Source: an uncultured Actinomycetota bacterium
Lineage (GTDB): Bacteria; Actinomycetota; Actinomycetes; Streptomycetales; Streptomycetaceae
Direction of reading: 5' to 3'
Assembly (NCBI GenBank): GCA_963743515.1
Contig: CAVUQN010000004.1
Span: 768,569-832,568 of the forward strand
DNA length: 64,000 bases
Shown: piece by piece, positions 52,581 through 60,307 of the stretch
Layout of the letters: the number at the start of each line of letters is the position of its first letter
Position numbering within the stretch: position 1 is the stretch's first letter
Notes under the pieces: model-generated
Database searches by the model: none
What the model was told of the DNA's origin: nothing
Seen by the model: only the letters and a program-made list of their open reading frames with translations
Position numbers and translations under genes: made by a program

Positions 52581-53003
52581 ATGACCGCCGCCAACACCGG
52601 CGGGCCCGCGCAGCCCGCCCGGCCGCCCACCGCGGCCGACGCCATGATCCTGCCGGAACTGCAGGTCGGCGACCACACCGCGGTGGACCGCGCGCTCGAC
52701 GTCATCATCGGCGCCCATGTCGACATCCTGCTCGTCCGTACGGACGACGGGCTGTGCGCGGGCGTCGTGACCCTGGCCCAGTTGGAGCACTACCGCTCGC
52801 CGGCCTGGTTCAGCCAGGACGTCCGGATCCGGGACATCGCCTACATCCAGGGGCCTTTCGCCCGACCGGACCTGCCCGCCGCAGCGGCGGCCGCAGAGAT
52901 GCGGGCACGGGAGATCGAGGTCTGGCCGGTGGTCGACGAGGAGGGCAGCGCGCTCGGCGTCGTCACCAGGGAGGGCCTGGAGGCCTTGCTGGATCCCCCG
53001 TGA
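52581..53003 (+). CDS. CBS domain protein
   Basis: GGAGG RBS; TAADAM, WPVVDEEGSALGVVT. Confidence 0.72.
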   Translation: MTAANTGGPAQPARPPTAADAMILPELQVGDHTAVDRALDVIIGAHVDILLVRTDDGLCAGVVTLAQLEHYRSPAWFSQDVRIRDIAYIQGPFARPDLPAAAAAAEMRAREIEVWPVVDEEGSALGVVTREGLEALLDPP

Positions 53004-53078
53004 CCGGGTCGGAGCCCCGGCCGGGTCACCGGCGGAGCTGACGGCTCGTCAGCACGAGGGCCGACCGGCCCGGAACCA

Positions 53079-53117
53079 CGAAATCCCGCCCGATCACCTG
53101 GATCGGACGGGATTTCG
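53079..53117. terminator. Hairpin terminator downstream of tRNA-Ala
   Basis: CGAAATCCCGCCCGATC/GATCGGACGGGATTTCG. Confidence 0.72.
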
Positions 53118-53153
53118 CCAGCTATTCCCGACCGAGGTCGAGAACAGCTGCTG

Positions 53154-53229
<76 letters not shown>

Positions 53230-53297
53230 AACGAGAAGAAACTCTATCAGGTTCGCGGGGGTGGTCGTGCACGCATTCTCCGCAGGTCCAGGGCCTG

Positions 53298-54299
53298 CTA
53301 CTCGTTCACCGCGCGCGGGTGGTCCCCATCCTCGGCGTACTGGTCGAAGAGCTGGGTGGACGGCGGGCGCGGAGCAGCGTGCGGCGGGGGGACGACAGCC
53401 CGGCCGGCGCTCCAGGTGTCGGGGCCGCCGAGGTCCAGGCCGCTGGTGCGGCGCGGGGCCACCGGGGCGGTGACATAGGTCGGCAGCGGGACCGGGACCG
53501 GGTCCCAGGAGCCGGCGCCGGGCTCGGCCGGCCGGCCGTGCGGGCTTTCCGACCACTCCTCGCTGTCCGCCGCCTCGATCAGCGCGCCGGCCCCGGCGGC
53601 GGTGCGGGCCGCCGGATAGGCCAGGTCGGGCGGGTGGTGAGCAGTCGGCTGGGTCTCCTGCTCGACGGCGGCCCGGCGGCGCTCCCGTTCGCGTTCGCGG
53701 ACCCGCTGGGCGGCCTCGGCCGCGCGGCGGCGGTCGAGCTTCACCTCGAACCGGCGGCGCTCCTGGCGGCGCAGATGGGAGATGTAGAGCGAGAAGAGGA
53801 GGGCCGGAACGGCCGGGAGCCAGAGCAGCGAGACCCCGCCGACAGCGGCGGCGATCATGCCCAGGGTGAAGACCGCGAACAGCAGGATGACCATGCGTCG
53901 GCGGCGCGCCAGCAGGGCCGCGCGTCGCTGGGAATCCGCCGAGGGGCCGACCGGGGCGGCCGAGTGGACCGGGACCGGTGCGGGGGTGGGCTCAGGTTCG
54001 GGTTCGACTTCGGGTTCGGCTCCAGGGACGAAGTCGGCACCGGCTCCGGGGGCGAGGTCGGATCCCGGCTCGGGAGCGGGCTCCGGCGCGGGCCCGGCCT
54101 CGGACGGCTGCTCGCCGTCCAGGCTGCGCGAGGCACGCCGCTCCAGCGCGGCACGCCCGGACAACAGCCGGATGGCCGTGCTGAATCGCTCCGTGGGGCG
54201 CGCCTCGTTGAGCTCGTCCTGCCTGCGGAGCCACATCGGCACCAGGTAGGCAGCCCAGGCCCCCACGATGACCGCGTAGATGAGGCCACTACTGCTCAC
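53298..54299 (-). CDS. sepX: Divisome protein SepX/GlpR
   Basis: SSSGLIYAVIVGAWAAYLVPMWLRRQDELNEARPTERFS, WDPVPVPLPTYV; synteny between rimJ-like gene and tRNA-Ala. Confidence 0.82.
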   Translation of the reverse strand: MSSSGLIYAVIVGAWAAYLVPMWLRRQDELNEARPTERFSTAIRLLSGRAALERRASRSLDGEQPSEAGPAPEPAPEPGSDLAPGAGADFVPGAEPEVEPEPEPTPAPVPVHSAAPVGPSADSQRRAALLARRRRMVILLFAVFTLGMIAAAVGGVSLLWLPAVPALLFSLYISHLRRQERRRFEVKLDRRRAAEAAQRVRERERERRRAAVEQETQPTAHHPPDLAYPAARTAAGAGALIEAADSEEWSESPHGRPAEPGAGSWDPVPVPLPTYVTAPVAPRRTSGLDLGGPDTWSAGRAVVPPPHAAPRPPSTQLFDQYAEDGDHPRAVNE

Positions 54300-54433
54300 G
54301 CTTCACACCGTACGGGCGTCAGGGAACGCCTCGCGGCAATTCCGGCCGGTGTGTCGCACGATCATGCTCATCTCACCCTATTTTTGTCGCTTTGAACGAC
54401 AGCTTCCCGACTTGTTCGAACATGTTTGTGAAT

Positions 54434-55054
54434 TCACTGCCCCAGGTGCTGTCGGATGCCGCGCCAGCGGCCCAGCATCCCCTCCGGCACCTCGTCCACG
54501 GTCAGCGCATAGACCAGGTGGTCCCGCCAGCCCCCGTCGATGTGGAGGTACCGGGGACGCAGGCCCTCCTCGCGGAAGCCGAGCTTCTCGACGACCCGGC
54601 GGCTCGGGCCGTTCTCCGGACGGATGCACACCTCGATCCGGTGGAGCCCCAGGTCACGGAAGCAGTGGTCGACCGCCAGCGCCATCGCGGTCGGGATGAT
54701 GCCGCGTCCGGCCACCGCTTCGTCCACCCAGTAGCCGATGTTGGCGGAGCACATCGACCCCCAGGTGATGCCGCCGACGGTGAGCTGGCCCACCAACTGG
54801 CCGTTGTGGGTGACGACGAAGGGCAGCATCCGCCCCCCGCGCGCCTCCGACCGCAGGAAGCGGACCATCTGCCGGTAGGTCGGGCGCGGACCGGCCGGGC
54901 GGCCGGGCGCGGCCGGGGGCACGGTGGCCTCCCAGCGCCGCAGCCAGTCCCGGTTGCGGGCGCTGACCTGCTGCCACTCGGCCCGGTCATGGACCCTGAT
55001 CGGGCGCAGACCGACCGGCCCCTCACTCAGCACAACCGGCCAGAAGGCGTTCAG
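54434..55054 (-). CDS. RimJ/RimL-type GNAT acetyltransferase
   Basis: NRDWLRRWEAT, IGYWVD, GRGI, LHRIE, ENGPSRRVVEKLGF, WRDH; probable CTG start. Confidence 0.9.
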   Translation of the reverse strand: MNAFWPVVLSEGPVGLRPIRVHDRAEWQQVSARNRDWLRRWEATVPPAAPGRPAGPRPTYRQMVRFLRSEARGGRMLPFVVTHNGQLVGQLTVGGITWGSMCSANIGYWVDEAVAGRGIIPTAMALAVDHCFRDLGLHRIEVCIRPENGPSRRVVEKLGFREEGLRPRYLHIDGGWRDHLVYALTVDEVPEGMLGRWRGIRQHLGQ

Positions 55055-55596
55055 TGCGGGCCTCCTGACGGTTCGGCAACCGGTCCCGGGCGGGGATGGT
55101 CGCCGCCGCGGACCTGGTCGACGGCGTGGCCCAGCAGCGGGGCGAGCACGGCCAGGCCGTCCCTGACGCCACCGGTGGAGCCGGGCAGATTGACGATCAG
55201 GGTGCGCCCGGCCAGGCCGGACAGCCCCCGGGAGAGCGCCGCGGTGGGCACCCCGGCCGCCCGGCCCTCGGCGCGGATCGCCTCGGCGATGCCGGGCGCC
55301 GGCCGGTCGATCACCCGGGCGGTCATCTCCGGCGTCAGGTCCATCGGGGTGAGCCCGGTCCCCCCGGTGGTCAGCACCACGTCGTAGCCCTCGGCGACGG
55401 CGGCGCGCAGCGCCTCGGCGACCGGCTCCCCGTCCGGTACGACCACCGGCCCGTCGACGGCGAAGCCCAGCGCCCGCAGCCCCTCGGCCAGCAGCGGTCC
55501 GCCCCGGTCGGCGTAGACCCCGGCGGAGGCGCGGTTGGAGACGGTGAGCACGAACCCTCGGCGTTCCCCGCCTGCCTGCGCGTCGACGGCGGTCAC
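55051..55596 (-). CDS. MogA/MoaB molybdenum cofactor biosynthesis protein
   Basis: LTVSNR, VVPDG, TTGGTG, DLTPE, NLPGS. Confidence 0.9.
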   Translation of the reverse strand: MTAVDAQAGGERRGFVLTVSNRASAGVYADRGGPLLAEGLRALGFAVDGPVVVPDGEPVAEALRAAVAEGYDVVLTTGGTGLTPMDLTPEMTARVIDRPAPGIAEAIRAEGRAAGVPTAALSRGLSGLAGRTLIVNLPGSTGGVRDGLAVLAPLLGHAVDQVRGGDHPRPGPVAEPSGGPH

Positions 55597-56087
55597 GCCA
55601 GGTCCCCGCGCTGCCAGTCGCCGCTCTTGCCACCGGTCTTGGACTCGACCTGGACGGCGTCGATCCGCGCGCCCTTGTCGACCGCCTTGACCATGTCGAT
55701 GACGGTGAGCCCGGCGACGGCGACGGCGGTCAGCGCCTCCATCTCGACGCCGGTGCGATCGGCGGTGCGGACGGTCGCGCTGATCTCCACCGCCTCGTCG
55801 CCGACCACCAGGTCGACAGTCACCCCGGAGATGCCGATCGGGTGGCACAGCGGGATCAGGTCGGGGGTCCGCTTGGCGCCCATGATCCCGGCGATCCGGG
55901 CGACCGAGAGGGCGTCGCCCTTGGGCACGCCCTCCCCCCGCAGCAGCTCCACCACGCGCGGCGAGACCAGGACCCGTCCGCTGGCGCGGGCCGTGCGGAC
56001 GGTGGTCGCCTTCTCCGAGACGTCGACCATCCTGGCCGCCCCCGTCGCGTCGACGTGGGTGAGCCGGTCACCCTCTGCGGTACTCAA
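55593..56087 (-). CDS. moaC: Cyclic pyranopterin monophosphate synthase
   Basis: LTH...ARMVDVSEK, KGDAL, LIPLCH, TGVEMEAL, KTGGKSG. Confidence 0.95.
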   Translation of the reverse strand: MSTAEGDRLTHVDATGAARMVDVSEKATTVRTARASGRVLVSPRVVELLRGEGVPKGDALSVARIAGIMGAKRTPDLIPLCHPIGISGVTVDLVVGDEAVEISATVRTADRTGVEMEALTAVAVAGLTVIDMVKAVDKGARIDAVQVESKTGGKSGDWQRGDLA

Positions 56088-56148
56088 CGTGTCGTCTCCT
56101 GTGGCCGGTGCCGGTGCGGGCACAGGTTATCGCTGCCCGGGCGGCGCG

Positions 56149-57618
56149 TCAGATCGTCCCGTCCTCCGGGAGCCGGTCCAGCAGCAGCACGTCGACCAGC
56201 GTGCCCTCCGGCAGGGAGGTGTCGTCCTCGGGCACCACGATCAGCGCATTGGCCTGGGCGAGCGGTCCGACCAGGTGCGATCCGGCGCCGCCGACCGGGC
56301 TGACGCTGCCGGCCTCACCGGTGTGACCTGCCCGGTAGCGGGCGCGGGCGAACTGCCGGCGTCCGGCCGGGGAGGTCAGCGCCTGGGTCAACCGGGCCCG
56401 CACCACCGTCCGGTGGACCGGCTCCACGCCCATCATCGAGCGGATGGCGGGGCGGACGAACAACTCGAAGGAGAGGTAGGCGCTGACCGGGTTGCCGGGC
56501 AGTGCGAACAGCGGCACCCGTCCGTCGAGCAGCCCGAAGCCCTGCGGCTTGCCCGGCTGCATCCGCAGCTTGCGGAAGGAGATCTCGCCCAGCGGCGCCG
56601 ACCCGTCCTGCGGGGCCAGCGCCTCCTTGACCACGTCGTAGGCGCCGACGCTGACGCCGCCGCTGGTCACGATGATGTCGGCGCGGATCAGCTGGTCCTC
56701 GATCACCTCGCGCAGCCGCTCGGCGTCGTCGGGCACGCCGCCGACCCGGTAGGCGATGGCCCCGGCATCCCGTGCGGCTGCGGTCAGCGCGAAGCTGTTG
56801 GAGTCGCTGATCTGCCCGGGGCCCGGCTTCGCGCCGGGCTGGACCAGCTCGCTGCCGGTGGACAGCACCACCACTCGCGGCCTGGGCCGGACCGTGACGC
56901 TCTCCAGACCGATGGCCGCGAGCAGCCCGATCTGCGCCGGACCGAGGCGGCTCCCGGCCGCCAGCACGGTCTGTCCCGCCGCGATGTCGTCGCCCGTCCG
57001 ACGGACGAACTCGCCGGCCTCGGCCGGCCGGAAGACCCGTACCTCGCCCGAGGCGCCCTCGGGGGCGCTGCTGCTGGGGGCCATGGTCACCGCGGCCTCG
57101 CGGCCGCCGCTGCCACCGTCGGTCCACTCGACCGGGACGACGGCCTCCGCGCCGGGGGGCAGCGGCGCGCCGGTCATGATCCGCGCGCACTGGCCCGGGC
57201 CGACGACGGGCAGCGTCGCGGCGCCGGCCGCGATGTCACCGACCACGGTGAGCACCGAGGGGTACTCCTCGGTGGCTCCGACCAGGTCGGCGACCCGCAC
57301 CGCGTAGCCGTCCATCGAGCTGTTGTCGAACGGCGGGTGCGCGCCCGGCGAGTCGATCGACTCGACCGTCAGGCAGCCCTGGGCCTCCAGGAGTTGCAGC
57401 TCCAGCGAGGGCAGCGGTCCGACGGTGCCGAGGATGGACTCCAGGTGCTCCTCCACGGACCAACTGCGCTCCGGCCCGTGGTCGGTGGCGCAGGGGTCGG
57501 CCCCGGGCGCTCGCCCCTGCGCCGCGTCTCCCGGCGTCGTGCCTCCCGGCTTGGCGTGTCCCTGACCGGCGTGCTCATGACCGGTGCGTTCCCGGTCCGT
57601 GTGTTCCTGGTCGGCCAC
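56149..57618 (-). CDS. moeA: Molybdopterin molybdotransferase
   Basis: PPFDNSSMDGYA, IMTGAP, STGSEL, TSGGVS, PGKP, LPGNPVS; start uncertain. Confidence 0.94.
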   Translation of the reverse strand: MADQEHTDRERTGHEHAGQGHAKPGGTTPGDAAQGRAPGADPCATDHGPERSWSVEEHLESILGTVGPLPSLELQLLEAQGCLTVESIDSPGAHPPFDNSSMDGYAVRVADLVGATEEYPSVLTVVGDIAAGAATLPVVGPGQCARIMTGAPLPPGAEAVVPVEWTDGGSGGREAAVTMAPSSSAPEGASGEVRVFRPAEAGEFVRRTGDDIAAGQTVLAAGSRLGPAQIGLLAAIGLESVTVRPRPRVVVLSTGSELVQPGAKPGPGQISDSNSFALTAAARDAGAIAYRVGGVPDDAERLREVIEDQLIRADIIVTSGGVSVGAYDVVKEALAPQDGSAPLGEISFRKLRMQPGKPQGFGLLDGRVPLFALPGNPVSAYLSFELFVRPAIRSMMGVEPVHRTVVRARLTQALTSPAGRRQFARARYRAGHTGEAGSVSPVGGAGSHLVGPLAQANALIVVPEDDTSLPEGTLVDVLLLDRLPEDGTI

Positions 57619-57704
57619 TGCGTCCCCCTCCATGTCGCCCGTCCTGCCGTGCTCCGCCCGGTGCCTGCGCACCCGTACGATGTCGTCCCCAGGTGGCTTC
57701 GGCG

Positions 57705-58676
57705 CTAGACGGCGTCGGCCGCGGCCACCAGGGCCTGGTCGCCGTCGATCTCGCCGCTGCCGACGAATTCCTTCAGCCAGGACCGGAACTCCGGTCCGAG
57801 ATCCCCACGCTCGCACGCCAGCCGGACAATCGCACGCAGGTAGTCACCCCGGTCGCCCGTGTCGTAGCGGCGGCCCTTGAAGAGCACGCCGTGGACCGGT
57901 CCGCCGCGTCCCGGGGTCCGCTGCGCGAGCACCCGCAGGGCGTCGGTGAGCTGGATCTCGCCGTGCAGTCCGGGCTCGGTCTCGTGGAGCACCTCGAACA
58001 CCGAGGGGTCGAGCACATAGCGGCCGATGACCGCATAGCTGCTGGGGGCCTCGCCCGGGGCCGGCTTCTCGACCAGGTCGGTGATCCGGACGATCTCGTC
58101 GTCACCCCCGAGGGTGCCGTGCCATTCGGCGGGCTTGACGGCCGCGCAGCCGTACAGGTGCGCCTGCGAGGGGTCCACCTCGATCAGTGCCACGACGCTG
58201 CCGCCGAGCTCCTGCTGGACCTCGATCATCTTGGCCAGCAGCGGGTCGCGCGGGTCGATCAGGTCGTCGCCGAGCAGGACGGCGAAGGGCTGGTCGGCGA
58301 CGTGCGGTTCGGCGCAGAGCACCGCATGGCCGAGGCCCTTCGGGTCCCCCTGGCGGACGTAGTGCATGGTCGCCAGGTCGCTCGACTCGCGGACCCGGTC
58401 GAGCTTGGCCTGGTCGCCCTTGCGGATGAGCAGCTCCTCCAACTCGTACGCGCGGTCGAAGTGGTCCTCCAGCGGACGCTTGTTGCGACCGGTAATCATG
58501 AGCACGTCGGTCAGACCGGCCGAGGCGGCCTCCTCGACGACATACTGAATCGCCGGCTTGTCGACAACCGGAAGCATTTCCTTCGGAGTCGCCTTGGTCG
58601 CCGGAAGGAAGCGGGTCCCGAGCCCGGCGGCAGGGATCACCGCCTTGGTGATCTGGCGCGAACGTGCATTCGTCAT
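57705..58676 (-). CDS. galU: UTP--glucose-1-phosphate uridylyltransferase
   Basis: KAVIPAAGLGTRFLPATKATPKEMLP, GLGHAV, EIQLTDA. Confidence 0.96.
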   Translation of the reverse strand: MTNARSRQITKAVIPAAGLGTRFLPATKATPKEMLPVVDKPAIQYVVEEAASAGLTDVLMITGRNKRPLEDHFDRAYELEELLIRKGDQAKLDRVRESSDLATMHYVRQGDPKGLGHAVLCAEPHVADQPFAVLLGDDLIDPRDPLLAKMIEVQQELGGSVVALIEVDPSQAHLYGCAAVKPAEWHGTLGGDDEIVRITDLVEKPAPGEAPSSYAVIGRYVLDPSVFEVLHETEPGLHGEIQLTDALRVLAQRTPGRGGPVHGVLFKGRRYDTGDRGDYLRAIVRLACERGDLGPEFRSWLKEFVGSGEIDGDQALVAAADAV

Positions 58677-58707
58677 GCTGACGACTGTACTTGCCACAAA
58701 GCCGAGG

Positions 58708-59553
58708 TCAGACCGTGCCCCGGGATTTCAGTGGATGCTCATGGCCCCTCCTCAGGGAGCTGTGATCCACATATGCGGCCGGCCCTCCCGCTCTTTCGCT
58801 GCTATCCGGGTACGGCTTTTCCATTCCCCGTTCCTTGGCCTCGGCCAGGGAGCGGTCCGCGGCGCGCAGCAGCAGCGCGGCGTGGACGCCGTCCTGCGGC
58901 AGCGAGGCGATCCCGATGTGGGCGGTCAGGCCGTTGCCCGCGGCCTCGCTCTCCGGCACCGGCGTCGGCACCGGGACGGCGGGCAGCGGCAGCGGGTGCC
59001 GGCGGACCGTCCAGCGAAGGCGCTCGGCCGCGTGCTCGGCGCCGTCCCGGTCCGTGTCCGGCAGCAGCACCAGGAACTCCTCGCCGCCGTAGCGGCCGAA
59101 CACATCCGCCTCCCGGAACTCCAGGGCCAGGCGCTGGGCCAGGTCCCGCAGCACCGCGCCGCCGCGCCGGCGGCCGTGCTCGCGGCGGATGGCGTCGAAG
59201 CCGTCGACCTCCAGCAGCAGCAGCGCGAAGCAGTCGCCCGCGCCGGTGCGCCCGCCGGTGGCCGCGCCGGTGCCGCCCCCGGAGCGGTGCAGGTGGCGCG
59301 CGCAGCGGGCGACCTCGCGGTCCAGTGCGGTCTGGAGGTAGCGGTAGTTCCACACCCCGGTGAGCGGGTCGGTGCAGGAGGTCCGTTCCAGCTCGGCCCG
59401 GGCCGAGCGCAAGCGGTCCAGCTGCTGCCGGAGCCGGGCCTCCGCCTCGGCGGCGCGGCGGCGCCCGCGTCCCAGTGTGTGCAGCAGCAGGGCGACGGCC
59501 AGCAGCGCCGGCAGGCAGAGGGCGGCGAGGATGTCGTAGAGCTGGGTCATCAT
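58708..59553 (-). CDS. Membrane-anchored GGDEF-domain protein (partly degenerate)
   Basis: N-terminal TM plus coiled coil, TDPLTGVWN, READ I-site, RYGGEEF, IGIA. Confidence 0.82.
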   Translation of the reverse strand: MMTQLYDILAALCLPALLAVALLLHTLGRGRRRAAEAEARLRQQLDRLRSARAELERTSCTDPLTGVWNYRYLQTALDREVARCARHLHRSGGGTGAATGGRTGAGDCFALLLLEVDGFDAIRREHGRRRGGAVLRDLAQRLALEFREADVFGRYGGEEFLVLLPDTDRDGAEHAAERLRWTVRRHPLPLPAVPVPTPVPESEAAGNGLTAHIGIASLPQDGVHAALLLRAADRSLAEAKERGMEKPYPDSSERAGGPAAYVDHSSLRRGHEHPLKSRGTV

Positions 59554-59643
59554 GTCTGCTTCTCCCCTGACCACCACCGGTCGCCCGGTCCGCCCTCCCT
59601 GCGGACGGCCGACGGTCCACCGGCACGAAAGGCCGCCCATCCG

Positions 59644-60249
59644 ATGGTGAACGACAAGACCGCCCTGCGGTCACGGCTGCTCGCGGCACGCGCCGCGCTG
59701 TCACCCGAGCAGCGGCAGCAGGCCGCGCTGGCGCTGGCCGGGCACGCCCTGGAGCTGCTGCCCCCGGTGGCGCCGGAGACCGGACCGGCCGTGGTGGTCG
59801 CCGGATATGTGTCGGTGGGGGCGGAGCCGGGCACCCGCGCGCTGCTGGACGCGCTCCGCGCGCGGGGCGTGCAGGTGCTGCTGCCGGTGCTGCTGCCCGA
59901 CAACGATCTCGACTGGGGTGCCTACACGGGCGCGGACGGCCTGGTCAGGGCCGGGCGCGGACTACTGGAGCCCGGCGGCCCGCGGCTGGGTCCTGAGGCG
60001 GTCTGCGCGGCCGGGCTGGTGCTGCTGCCGGGGCTGGCGGTGGACCGGCGGGGGATCAGGCTGGGCCGGGGCGGGGGCAGCTACGACCGGGTACTGGCCC
60101 GGCTGGCCCGCGCCGGCTCGACGGCCCGGCTGGCGACGCTGCTCTACGACAGCGAACTGCTGGCGAACGTCCCCGCCGAGCCGCACGACCGGGCGGTGGA
60201 CGCGGCGGTGACGCCCTCCGGGCTGCACCGGTTTCGGCCCGGCGGCTGA
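59644..60249 (+). CDS. 5-formyltetrahydrofolate cyclo-ligase
   Basis: KTALR, EP, PGLAVD...RLGRGGGSYDR, EPHD. Confidence 0.92.
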   Translation: MVNDKTALRSRLLAARAALSPEQRQQAALALAGHALELLPPVAPETGPAVVVAGYVSVGAEPGTRALLDALRARGVQVLLPVLLPDNDLDWGAYTGADGLVRAGRGLLEPGGPRLGPEAVCAAGLVLLPGLAVDRRGIRLGRGGGSYDRVLARLARAGSTARLATLLYDSELLANVPAEPHDRAVDAAVTPSGLHRFRPGG

Positions 60250-60265
60250 CCGCCGGGCCGGTCCG

Positions 60266-60300
60266 GGTCCGGTCCGGGGCCGCGGGCCCCGGACCGGACC
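60266..60300. terminator. Hairpin between convergent genes
   Basis: 16-bp perfect stem GGTCCGGTCCGGGGCC/GGCCCCGGACCGGACC. Confidence 0.72.
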
Positions 60301-60307
60301 GTGGCGG

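Noticed and set aside
51629-53003. GNAT and CBS genes as part of the peptide system
   Set aside because: Separated by a strong 18-bp hairpin and both are common stand-alone families; linkage cannot be supported without synteny data
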